NCBI RefSeq assembly: GCF_021869535.1
Contig: NW_026262675.1
Location: 1,240,001 to 1,304,000, forward strand
Reading direction: 5' to 3'
Origin: Mytilus californianus
Taxonomy: Eukaryota
Length of the DNA stretch: 64,000 nt
Shown one piece after another: positions 52,132-64,000 of this stretch. Under the pieces are notes generated by a model. That model ran no database searches. It was given only the letters and a program-made list of their open reading frames with translations, and had not been told where the DNA came from. The stretch's first letter is position 1. Each line of letters begins with the position of its first letter. A program made the translations under genes and the position numbers.

Positions 52132-53935
52132 CATACTATATAAATATGTCACATTTCCCTTTCTGGGTTGTTTCAAAAATACATATCATATACTCTCTTT
52201 TCAATGAGATATATCTCGCCTCGGTTATCTTATCACAAACTTTAACAATTGTTGACGCCGCCGACGCTGGAAACAGCCTGCTTAGATATCGCTTCCGTGA
52301 CTATTGTCACAGGCGAGACAAAAACTAGGTACGCCAAATACTGTACATGTATAATATTTCATTAGTTTATTCAATCAATGCTGACTTATTTAACCAAAAG
52401 AAAAAAAATCTCGTCTGAGAATATGAAGTTTCGCAGAATCATCAATAAGGTTATAAATGATCATGAATGAACAATCATTGGAACATAATAAAGAATTTCT
52501 CTTACCTTTTTTATTTCCATTTTATTTGTTTGTTTCAATGCTTTTCCAAGTCCACAAGTGTATGTGTAATACTATCGGGAAGGAAATAAATAACAGAACT
52601 AGTAATATTTATATACTAAATGTATTTATAACAATAGTAATGTCCAAATATTTGTTCAATTAAAATAAATTTTCTATATTCAATTTAAATCTTTTGCAAT
52701 TCAATATCCACATGTGAAAAGATTTTTCGAATCTTTAATACAAGTAATTACCAGTACCTGTTTAATCTAACAACAACTTGAAAGATCAACACTAACACAT
52801 ATTTTACATTTGGTATTACCCTATTGTAGGTTTATAAATTAGGTTTTTTCCCATATTTTGTTATGTTGAGCTATTTTATTTTATAGGATTTGTCAGTTCC
52901 GTAAAATAATTTCACAGTCGCTTTGCAGAATTGTCAGTTAAAATATTCGGCTGCCTCACCTCCTCTCCACACTTGTTGGAAAATCTGTTGAAAATCCAAG
53001 ATCCACTTCTGCCAGTATTGAACATCAAGTAATAGTAAAAGTATAATATGCTAAATTTTGAAAGGTTTAGAAGGGTGGAGTGAGCATAGCCATTACAATT
53101 TTCCTTAATATACAACAGCTGGCTCAGAATATGACCAAATTTTCAATGAGTCAATTTTTAGCACGAAGATGATGTGAAACGTAAACAACAGGGCTCAAGA
53201 TATGCAAGTAAGTGGTCTTCCTGTTGGTAATTGGGCTGTTTATTTTTTTATTGGGTATTTCACTTTTACGACTTATTGATATTAAGCCAAAGGATTAAGT
53301 TTGTGTGCTAGTTAAACTGGTTTAAACCCAACCATTGCGTGCCTTTCCTTTCTGTACCAATTCAGGCTATTTTGACCATATGTTGTTCGTTGTCGATTTT
53401 CTCGGATAAGTCTGCTTTTGAATGGTGTTGTCTGGTATACTGTATGACATTTTTGGTAAATCCTACTATTGTTTTATCCATTACACTGACAGAGAAAGAA
53501 AATTGTCAGGTCGTTTATATACATGCAGGCGATGTAAGAAACAGAGCAATGCTATACTTTCACAGGATTTTACAGCCCCGGCTTTTTAGAAATGATGTTC
53601 TCATCTTCGTTAAAATTATCGACAGTCGCTCGTTTCATTGCAGGAATGTCAGTATACATAAAATGTCTTGATGGTTAAAACCCCCTTTTGAAAATACTGT
53701 TGAAGTCTACTTCTGCAAATGTTGACCACCTAGAAACAGTGTAAAATTTTCTTATCTGAAACTACTTGACAATTTTTTTAAAAATATGCAATCCATTACA
53801 TCATATTGAAACGAAGTAACTTTTTGCTTAGATGTATTACTGCAGCTTGAGTATCGTGACTTTTCGTCAGCTAATACTTGTTTTAAAAAGCTATGAACAA
53901 CAAGCCCCTGCATCGGCTTCGAGATTCACTTGTTG

Positions 53936-54172
53936 TCGAGTATCGAGTTGCGAGTTACGAAAGTCGAGGTGCGAGTTACGAAAGTCGAGGTGCGAGTTAC
54001 GAAAGTCGAGTTGCGAGTTTCGAAGGTCGAGTTGCGAGTTACGAAGGTCGAGTTGCGAGTTACGAAAGTCGAGTTTCGAGTAACGAAGGTCGAGTTGCGA
54101 GTTACGAAAGTCGAGTTGCGAGTTACGAAGGTCGAGTTGCGAGTTACGAAAGTCGAGTTGCGAGTTACGAAA
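53936..54172 (+). repeat. 21-bp satellite array (agtcgagttgcgagttacgaa)n, ~11 copies, with a 7-bp sub-period
   Basis: Directly visible tandem array. Confidence 0.95.
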
Positions 54173-54634
54173 TTAGATATGCGTGAAATTGGGGAGAACT
54201 ATTTAAATTTTTTGGTGTACCTCTTTAACATTTTTGAATGATGATTGCTTATAGAATTGTATACAGTATTTTTGATTCTTTTTGTTTGGACTTCATCTGA
54301 GTCTCGTGTAAAACAAAATGAAGGGATTGCTAACATAATCACTACGCAAAGTATGGTTATTTTCTGAAGAAACAGATAGCCTTTTGAAATATAGCGGATG
54401 GCTTGTAGTTTTAATTATTATTAAATTTCATAGCTAGCACCGTCATATTAAACGTAAAGGGAGATAGCAACTACACTATAGAACATATATGTGAAAGACC
54501 CCTTCTGCAGATTTCGTTAAGATGGGCTCTTTGGGGCAGCTGCAGAAGCAATATTTGTTAGGGACCCCAAAATATATTCTTTGGCAGTGTCACTCAAAAT
54601 TGGACGTTTAAGTTATATATGTCTATACATTGGC

Positions 54635-54955
54635 TAGAGGTGAAGGGGGAAGGTTGAGCGCTCATAAAACCTGTTTAACCCCGCCGCATTTTTGCGTCTG
54701 TCTTAAGTCAGGAACCTCTAGCCTTTGTTGGTCTTGTATATTTTTTAATTTTGGTTCATCTATATGTTTCGGAGCATAGAATGGCGTCCATTTTCTTGAT
54801 CTAGTGTACATTGTGTTTCGGGGCCTGCTCGGGGCTGCCTCTGGGTGTGGGATTTCTCGCTGTGTTGAAGACCCATTGGTGGCCTTAGGTTGACTTGTAT
54901 ATTTTGGTTGGGTTGTTGTCTCTTTGACACATTCCCCGTTTCCATTCTTTATTCT
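54635..54955 (-). mobile_element. Dominant interspersed repeat (partial)
   Basis: Shares tttaaccccgccgcattttt and gtgttgaagacccattggtggcc with 60160-60440. Confidence 0.75.
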
Positions 54956-55597
54956 TTACATGTAGCTGTCAAAGATACTTTTGTAAAAGAGACAAAAGAC
55001 ACAGTTTTGGAATATGTAACTTCTTTCTAAAAAACGGGTTAATCATACAAAAGTGTACAATACCCAGCTGATATCTGAAACTACAACATTTGTATCAAGG
55101 CTGCATGCAGGTAAAAAAGTAAATTTGTGATAGACAAGGCTTCCGTGCCCATACCGTAAAAACACACGCCATAACATTCCTTAAAACTGTTCCTTTATTT
55201 TTTGTAACAACGGTATAGCTTGTTGTAGAATATCGTCTTTCCAAATTAAAAAAAAAATCCATATTATGATCTATGCCAGGAAGTTACCATAATGCCATAG
55301 AAAGACATCTATAGCATGCTTATTTTTGCGTTGTAGTATTCAGATATACATACATTGAACAACTCGATTATTGACTATTTGGTATATATATGCACACTCC
55401 GCTTGGGGTTGAATCACAAATTTAACAAAGTTCAAAATTATTTAATTTATCACATAAAGCACATGGCATATCACATTTCTGACTAATTCATGAGATATTT
55501 TCCTAAGTTAAATGTGCAATTGTGCCTATATCACCCTAAACCTTTGCAAAAGACGAAGAGTTAGCACTTGGTATGCTAATGAATATACTTTATTCAA

Positions 55598-55641
55598 GCG
55601 TCACTGATGAGTCTTGTATAGACGAAACGCGCGTCTGGCGT
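55598..55641 (+). ncRNA. Minimal type I hammerhead ribozyme (intact)
   Basis: Stem I GCGTCA/TGGCGT, core CTGATGA, stem II GTCT-tgtat-AGAC, GAAA, palindromic stem III ACGCGCGT, GUC cleavage triplet ending at 55635. Confidence 0.88.
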
Positions 55642-55968
55642 AGAAAATATTATAAGCCTGGTACCTTTGATAAGTATTTACTTTAGGCCTAACACAGTTC
55701 CATATTCTGTGAGATGTCGATTATTTGCAAGTATAATTCATTTGTCTACATGATTTATTTTCTTATGCTTGATTTGTTCAGTACGGTATACATTTTGTCT
55801 TATATCTACAGTATATCCTGTTTTATTTTAGAAAATGAACAATGTCGCTCTCATGAAAGAAATTTAATCGTGCGTGACTTTGCAACATGTAGACTCTTAT
55901 AGATAAGTATCACATAACTCTTTCAAATCCTGCAATCAAAATACCGGGACCCTTCCTCGTGCAGTGTA

Positions 55969-56068
55969 TAACTCGACCTTCGTAACTCGCAACTCGACTT
56001 TCGTAACTCGCAACTCGACTTTTGTAACTCGCAACTCGGCCTTTTCAACTCGCAACTTGCAACTCGAC
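55969..56068 (-). repeat. 21-bp satellite array, inverted relative to 53936-54172
   Basis: (ttcgtaactcgcaactcgact)n, ~5 copies. Confidence 0.9.
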
Positions 56069-56814
56069 GATAAGAAACCCTCATCGGCTTCATAGCTAGA
56101 CAAACAAGGTTTAATGTCATTAATATATCCATGGTTATAATTACATTTGAATATAATAACATTTTCAGTAAATATAACATTTTGCAATGATGCTATAAAT
56201 ATTGTGTAAGGGAACAAGAAAAACTTTCATTGGTAAATGATTCAACATTATATATATATATGGGTAACTTTTGAGGCATCAAAATATATACGCTGACACA
56301 TGTGTATTTTGATATGAGGATTTTGTTTGCCAAATTATTTTGAACCTTTTGCTCTTGAATGCTCTTTAATTGATTCGACCTTCCAACTGTTTTGTTACGA
56401 GCGCAGCTGATGTGTCTAGTGAAAACAAAACGAGCGTCTGTCTAAATTTAAAGCCTGGTATCTTTGGTGATTTTTTACAACCACTGGGTCGATGCAACTG
56501 CCTGTTGGCGTTTCGTCCCCGAGGGTATCACCAGGCCAGTAGACAGTATTATGTCAGTATTACTTCTGTGATAACATGAAATATTATTGATACCTTCATC
56601 ATCTGTAAATTTACTTTTTGAAATGTAAAAATCATTAGAAACATGATGATTTTTTTAGTAAATCAGCAAATTGTATGACCTTGAACTTTGAGCTCAACAT
56701 TCAAACTTTAATTGCCTCAATTAGGATACACCAACCGGTGGTTATGAACAGACATAACCATAGTGGATTGTAATGTTGAAATACATTTGTAAGCTTGGCA
56801 TTTAGTGTAGAGTC

Positions 56815-57035
56815 ACATGCTACATGTGGAACATGATCTGCCTACCCTTCTGGAGCACCTAAGATCACCCCCGTATTTTTGGTGGGGTTCGTGTTGCTCA
56901 GTCTTTAGTATTCTATGTTGTATTTTGTGTACCGTTATTTGTCTCTTCTTCGTTGTTCGTTTTTTGCCATGGTATTGTCAGTATGTTTTCGACTTAGAAG
57001 TTTGAATATCCCTTTGGTATCTTTCACCTCTCTTC
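56815..57035 (+). mobile_element. Penelope-like-derived short repeat
   Basis: cctacccttctggagcacctaagatcaccccc...ggggttcgtgttgctcagtc family. Confidence 0.65.
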
Positions 57036-57476
57036 TCCATACTGTTGTTTACTTTTGAAGATAGTATATTGCCTTCTATGTGGTTTTTTCCCGTGGATGA
57101 TTTGAGTTTGGGGGATTTTTACATAAACCTCACATCTTTTTATTCATATTGTCATCAAATGCCAAGCTGTTTTAAATTTATTAACCGGAAACAGTTTTTA
57201 ACAGAAGAGAAAAAAGTCCGATCACTAGTCGACAGAGTATTATCAACAGACTTACTTAAGTTGTCATGATTGTTTTTATTGATAAAGTGAAAAACAAGTT
57301 GCTTTTTAAAAAAAAAAGACAATACAATAAAAAAGATTGAACAACTACGTGAACCTTAGAACTTTTTTATTCTAATTATTAATTCAACTGAATAAGAAAT
57401 TAATTATCAGTGTTATCTTGGCCATGTGTGTGGAGGATAATATTTTCTTTTTATTGTAAATCATAACAATTTTGGC

Positions 57477-57728
57477 ATGTTGAGAGAAATGTTAAATATA
57501 AAGCAAGGAGAGAAAAAAAAAGATTCCCAGACGTATAATTTCTTGAAGAATAATAATAATTCAAAACATGGAGGACACATGTACCTTCTTCCAAAAATTC
57601 ATAAAATTAAACTAGAAATAAGTAATGAGGCATTGCGAACTGGTCAGCTAGCAGGACACATTAATGTTCGTTACCGACTAATCATCAATAAGTGTAACTC
57701 TCTCGCGAGATATACTTACTTGATCTAA
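57477..57728 (+). mobile_element. Penelope-like RT N-terminal fragment
   Basis: MYLLPKIHK...RLIINKCNS resembles the PLE YxLPKIHK...RPIIS motif. Confidence 0.55.
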
Positions 57729-57734
57729 TTATAA

Positions 57735-58200
57735 ATATAAAAAAGAAGATGTGGTATGATTGCCATTGAGACAACTCTCCACAAGAGACCAAATGACACA
57801 GAAATTAACAACTATAGGTCACCGTACGGCCTTCAACAATGAGCAAAGCCCATACCGCATAGTCAGCTATATAAGGCCCCGAAATGACAAATGTAAAACA
57901 ATTCAAACGAGAAAACTAACGGCCTAATGTATGTACAAAAAATGAACGAAAAACAAATATGTAACACATCAACAAACGACAACCACTGAATTACAGGCTC
58001 CTGACTTGGGACAGGCACATACATACAGAATGTGGCGGGGTTAAACATGTTAGCGGGATCCCAACCCTCCCCCTAAGCTGCGACAGTGGTGTAACAGTAC
58101 AACATAAGAACGAACTATAAAAATCAGTTGAAAAAGGCTTAACTCATCAGATGGATACAAACAGAAATACTATACAGAGTGGACATGGCCGGATACTTGT
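57735..58200 (+). mobile_element. Dominant interspersed repeat, subfamily B
   Basis: aagaagatgtggtatgattgcc..gagacaactctccacaagagacc... Confidence 0.85.
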
Positions 58201-59399
58201 AGAATCATGTGCATAACAGCGTAGACGAGACCATTGATTGGCGCGCTAAAATATCCCATTGACTGGGTCAGATTAGGTGAACGTTCGTCTGTAACGCCCA
58301 CAACTCACGACGTATTTATTATAGACATTTAAACTGTGGGGTCACCAAAGGGTCTCAACGCCTTAATAAAATAATTCGAAAAACTAATCAGGAATAACCA
58401 TTGTGCTTTGATTTATATTGAATACTTAAACGTTCTTTACTTGTGTTTTTGTTATGTTTTGATAAGCAATTTTTATGATATCGCACGTTCTTTCAGCAAA
58501 AAAAAAAGGATTTAACTGGCTTTAAAAGTGTTGATTATTATCTTTTTTCTAAAGTCAAAGCGATTTAACAATTGCGGTTGTCCAATTATGTCATCTTTTA
58601 ACTTTTATCTGGTCAAAATTTTATTTTAGAACGAATGCATGATCAACATTAAAAAGTGTGCAAACACAAAACATATAGACAAAATATACTTCTGTCCTGT
58701 CTTTTTCGTTCTTGCAAGTTATTAGACAGTAAAAAAAGCTATTTGGATCAAGCTTTGTGAAATTTGCATTTACGTTTTTGAATAGGTAAAATGTATAGTT
58801 TGGTGAACTTTTCTGCTAACTACTATACTTGTGAAAAACCCTTGGCAACAGAAACATATTCAGCTTTTTTTTTAATCGACCCAATTTACATAGTAATGGA
58901 CGACTTCGTACATTTTATGATCGCAAATAAAATATGTATATAATAAACTGTGCACTGTAGTTCGTATATTCATTTTCTTTTGTTAATGGATTTTCCCGTC
59001 TTTCTGGGTAAGCTTACTCGCAAATAATTTAAAACCAAGACTTGCATTATATAAATATCAAAACATACCTTGATTTTCCTTTTTTTTAAACATACATCTC
59101 AGCCATAGATAAGGACTTAAGTTCGCCAGGTCTTTAATTTCAAGTTAGTGAATTGACCAAAGTAATATTGCGGACCATTTGCCAGTTTCCATGCGGTATC
59201 CGTGTTTTTTCACTCGCTCTATTCTGCATCCACTCAACTTTCGTGTTTGTCATGACAAGGCCATTTGAAGCTTTCATGCTATATATATATACAGTGTGTG
59301 TTTTACTTATTGTTGAAGGTCGTACGGTGACCTATATTGCTAACGTCTGTTGACCACTGGAAGGGATTTGTCTGATTGTCTATCGCACCACATATTCTT

Positions 59400-59712
59400 A
59401 TTTTTATATGCAGTTATATCTATAATAAAATTGAGAATTGAAACGGGGAATGTATCAAACAGACAACAACCCGATCAAAAAGCAGAAAATTTGTTTTTCG
59501 TTAATTGTTTTGTTGTAGATTAGGCCGTTGGTTTTCTCAATTGAATTGTTTCATATTTTTCATATCGGGGACTGTTGTAGCCGACTATACGGTATGGGTT
59601 TTTCTCATTGTTGAAGGCCGTACGCTTGCCTTTAATTGCTTACATCCACTTCATCTGAACTTTGGTGGATAGTTGTCTTATTAGTAATCATACCACATCT
59701 CCTTATTTTTAT
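59400..59712. mobile_element. Internally deleted copy of the dominant repeat retaining both termini
   Basis: Left aaattgagaattgaaacggggaatg...gacaac and right gttgtc...cataccacatctccttatttt. Confidence 0.65.
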
Positions 59713-60159
59713 ATAAAGTTGTATCAATTGTGACTTTAGATACATTGGTGTATTTATTTTTGTTTGCGTAACGTCTAGTGTCAAATTTGTCATGCATGTT
59801 TAGGACTATTAAATATATTGCAGATAGTTTCGTAATTAATCGGCTTTAGATCTGTCATACGACAATAATACTTAAAAAGATAAAAGGTAGGAAAATTAAG
59901 AGACCACAACAACAAAGACCATCGAGTCCTGTCCATAAATAGTAAAATAGACGTTAAATCAACAATGAACAACACAAAACCCGGATAGCCGGACGTTTGG
60001 CTCAAAATTTAGTGGGACTAATCGAGTTTAATATGCAATCCCTCCCTGGCTAGACTTGGTGCAGGCACACAATCCAGTGGGTTAAATCAGTATAACATGC
60101 ACCCTCCCCAGCCCGACATTGGCACAATATGTAGCGATGTGTTGCTGTGTGTTTGTTTC

Positions 60160-60600
60160 ATCTACATTGGCTAGAGGTATAGGGGGAGGGTTGAGATCTC
60201 ACTAAACATGTTTAGCCCCGCCGCATTTTTTGCTCCAGTCCCAAGTCAGGAGCCTCTGGCTTTTGTTAGTCTTCATTTTGTGACGTCCATTTGTTAAAGG
60301 GCCAGCTGAAGTGCGCCTTCGGATGCGGGATTTTCTCGCTGTGTTGAAGACCCATTGGTGGCCTTCGGCTGTTTTGTTTACTCTTTGGTCTGGTTGTTGT
60401 CTCTTTGAAACATTCCCGATTTCCATTCTCTATTTTAACATGTAACCTTTCAAACTTTTTTTGTCGTCTTGACTGTGCGGTATGGGCTTTGCTCATTGCT
60501 GAAGGCCGTACGGTGACCTATAGTTGTTAATTTCTGTGTCATTTGGTCTCTTGTGGAGAGTTGTCTCATTGGCATTCATACCACATTTTCTTTTATATAT
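60160..60600 (-). mobile_element. Dominant interspersed repeat, subfamily B
   Basis: Reverse complement of the 57735 family. Confidence 0.8.
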
Positions 60601-62039
60601 ATATATGGCAATAAACAATAAAAGAAAAATAAACTACACAGCGCAGCGTCCAACAGGATTACAACAAGAAAATTAATTTTGAAAATGCGGTCAAAAGTCA
60701 AAATTTGCCTGCAGCGGAAAAATGCAACAGCTTGATATTCATTTCAAATAAAATAATTGTAATGATTTACGCAACGTTACTTTTTCCAATATTAACATTC
60801 AAATATTTTGTTTTTTGTTGTTTTTGATTAATTTACAACATCTTTACAAAGACCACATTCTGACTTCGATATTAAGTAGACCATAAAAGCGATGTTCATT
60901 ATCTTGCTTCTATGTAAGTTTGAGTTAGTTATTTTGTGTCATGAATTAGTATTGATGTCACTCGTATGTTTTTAAATATGAAGAAAGGGGTAGTCCGGTT
61001 GTCTTATACGTCAATGAGACACACAAAAAAAACGACAAAAAATAAAAAAAGGGGCAACATTCATTCTTCAACAAAAGAATACATCACAAGAATATAAGTT
61101 TTGTAAGAAAAAGACCAAATTCGTGAGACGTTGTGTAGGACTTGAATAGCCAAGACAAACTGATAAATATCTGAATGAATGAATGAATCGATCTATGTAA
61201 AAAAAATCAAGGTACTAAACAAAAACAAAAAATAGATTTTTTAATTATCCGGAACTCTTCACAAACAAAACCTACATGTATGCATTGACTAAATAGTAGG
61301 CCACTCTTTTAAAATGATTACAACGTAGAAGTACTTATTCTCGTAATCAATAAGATATTTTGTGAATTAACCCCATCAATTTAAAGTTTTTTTTACAATG
61401 AATACACGTATTTTTGGATTATTTAATGATATCAGCTCTGAGCATTATTATTCTTTAAAATGAAACTGTTGTATGCGATGGTATAAAAAAATATTTAAAA
61501 CAAATCTTTTAAAGTTTTGTGAAAAGAAAGTTTCATTTTATGTATCGAAATGTGTAACAAGTGATCATTATTTAAATCCCCACTGGAAGGCCTCTGACAG
61601 ACTGAGTGAGCGTAAAATCATTGTTATCGATAAGCCAATGACATCAGTATTATTACCAACAAAAGTTTTACGGTTGTCTACGCTGTTATGAAAACGATTC
61701 TATATCCCAACAACAAATAGACACTAAGTACAGATCTGAGAGTACTCGCAGTTACTGACAGCTAGTTCAAAGCCACTAACAACTTATTAAAAAATCATGC
61801 ATCTAAGACTAAATTATCAATTAGTACACATCCAACATCCAATTATTGAATAGGCATAACTTTTACATTCATGATACAAAAAAAATCATTAATAAAATAG
61901 AGTCACACGAGGTAAAAAAGTATGCATTCTTATTGCCTATGATGTACGTCAATGTACACAAATATGATCATTGATAATTTAGAAGAAACTGTTATCAATG
62001 CATTAGAATTTATTGACACACAGGAGAATATACTTTAAA

Positions 62040-63130
62040 GATTCTCAGCAAAATAGATTTAACTGCATTTCTTAAATTAATTCTTAAAAACAATGAATTT
62101 GAGTTTAATGGACTGTTATACAAACACATTATAGGAGCGCCCATTGTCACCAACATGCACAGATCTGCATCTGTCTGCCCTATTCATTAAAATCTTAGAT
62201 AAGTTCCAATGGAGAGAAAACATCAAATTACACTGTCAATAGGGATGACGGTTTTATGGTCTTCACAGGCAAATTAGAGCAAGTTGAAGATTTCTTTAAC
62301 CTTGCAATTGAAATTGACCATCTACTTAAGTTCTAATATGAGGTGTCGACATCTAGTATGGCCTATTTAGAGGGAGTAAAGGGTTATTTTCGTGCAACGT
62401 TTTCGGCCTTTTTATTTTACGTGTTTCCGTGTTTCGACGTTTTATTTCTCGTTTTCTCATGTTTGGTACGATGTGCGTGCTTCGTGTTTTCCCTTAATTA
62501 TTTTCCGTGTTTCGTGTCCGTACTCTTATTTTCTCGTGTTTGTCCCGCATTTGATTACAAAGTAAACCGGGACTAATTCAAAGTCAGCCCAAATATTGTT
62601 TTAAATCATAAACTTATTAACTGGTCCCAAGATATTTATTAATAGCCTATTGTATTACTAGGATAAATCGGATTCAACTAACGGACGCTAAAAGGTGACC
62701 ACATGGAGGGTCGCCATGTCCATTAATAATGACTGCATGATCTCCAAGAACGGTTGAGTAATAACTTTTGGTACTCTTTTCCTTAATATTTACGATTTTA
62801 TTCCTTGGCTTCGTTTTTCCAGAGTGTTTTTTTTTTCCGTGCAACGTTTTGCGATTTGTTATTTCACGTGTTTCCGTGTTCAGACCCTCCCTTTTACCAC
62901 CCTCTATTTAGATACCGAAGTGTACAAAAGTAAACGATTCCTTAATAATGGAATTCTTGATGTTAACGTATCAATATTTACCAATCACTAGTGCACATCC
63001 AAAACACACATAAATTTAAGAGCATTACAGTGTGCGAACAATATAAGAAATTTCTACTTCTACCACTAAGTGACCACCGTCATTTGGTTGACTATCCTGT
63101 CACTGTTTGGTGTGCGCTTGCATACTTAAC
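62040..63130 (+). mobile_element. Penelope-like RT core fragment, interrupted by a MITE
   Basis: FLKLILKNNEFEFNG...RDDGFMVFTG...LKF*YEVS...AYL|DTEVYKSKRF..NGILDV across the insertion. Confidence 0.8.
62371..62903. mobile_element. 533-bp MITE inserted in the Penelope-like RT
   Basis: TIR AGGGAGTAAAGGG / CCCTTTTACCACCCT with flanking CTATTTAG duplication. Excision restores ATG GCC TAT TTA GAT ACC (MAYLDT). Confidence 0.85.
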
Positions 63131-64000
63131 AAGTCCAAAAATAATTTTAACAGAAAGAAAATAAGTTGTGCTGTACATAACATTTATACATGGTGCAAAT
63201 AAGAACATGGGACTTGAAATTTAATGTGCATGCAGTAGTCACTTGAACGAGTCAAGACTTTCTGCAGCGGTCACTGAAATAATAGTGACATCAATGAATT
63301 AAATAAACATTTAATTAACTTACAAGATTACTTAATGGATAGAAAATACAGTAAAAAGGAAACAGTAAAAGTTGTAAAAATTTATATTAACGAACAGTCT
63401 TTATTTTACTTGTTTTATTTTCATTTGAAACATATTTTTTTTTATCTGATTTGTCAAAATGACAAGTGTGCATAATGATTTTATTGTTACAAATCAAATC
63501 CCAAAGCCCACTATAACTCACTATGAAGAAACCACAGCACTATTTTAAAATATCGCTCTGTGAATATCTTGACACAGATGTTTGATACCATAGGTCGTTA
63601 TAATTAAATCTTGACCATTTAACTTTCACTTGTTTATCAAAGGGAACTGTCAACTTTGCTCAAGTCAGTTAACCCTTGCAATGCTTAAAATGTAGCTTTA
63701 CAATAAATATACATGTTTGAAAAGGATCTATAGATTGTTTATTATCATATATCAGATAAGTGAATTAGCGATCTGTGAAAATTCTTTATTGTCATGTTTT
63801 AAATATCTCAGATACACTGTATGGAGGTGCTCTTAATTGCAGGAAGCTAATTACAGATAAAATGAATAGGTGTTCCGAATGAAAAATAATTTAGCTTCCG
63901 AATATTCCTCCATAGACTATACCATATTTCTAACTAATAAATATGCGTGAACCCTCAGGGGTTCACGCAATTAATAAAACAGACTAACAGCGATTTAAAA

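Noticed and set aside
52912-53115. GC-richer coding-looking segment upstream of the calmodulin-like gene
   Set aside because: No recognisable motif in any frame and no consistent splice sites.
53832-56217. ORFs with VELRVTK / VASYES / SCELR repeats
   Set aside because: Stop-free frames arise automatically from the 21-bp satellite and are open in several frames on both strands.

Overview
AT-rich eukaryotic genomic DNA with spliceosomal introns. The interspersed repeats point to a bivalve, probably a Mytilus-type mussel (inference from repeat recognition, not a database search). Host genes: (1) two tandem minus-strand paralogues encoding secreted proteins with signal peptide + 2 Kunitz domains + a long Met/Gly(/Asn)-rich low-complexity tail (1510-7626, 11373-14433); (2) a decayed COMTD1/CCoAOMT-like O-methyltransferase (+, ~34.6-37.6 kb) with a probable antisense family-2 GPCR relic just upstream; (3) an intact single-exon 341-aa orphan ORF with signal peptide, coiled coil and 5-6 TM segments (43928-44953); (4) a 5-exon, 4-EF-hand divergent calmodulin-like gene (-, 46940-52131). 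The rest is layered transposon debris. The most notable piece is a decayed Ty3/Gypsy element (-, ~24.1-31.9 kb) carrying an errantivirus/baculovirus-F-type env with RTKR furin site, fusion peptide, TM anchor and an unusually long C-terminal extension. Also present: minimal type I hammerhead ribozymes, Penelope-like and LINE fragments, Helentron/HINE elements, several MITEs, and an inverted pair of 21-bp satellite arrays. No CRISPR array or prokaryotic system is supported. All splice models and translations were made by hand.
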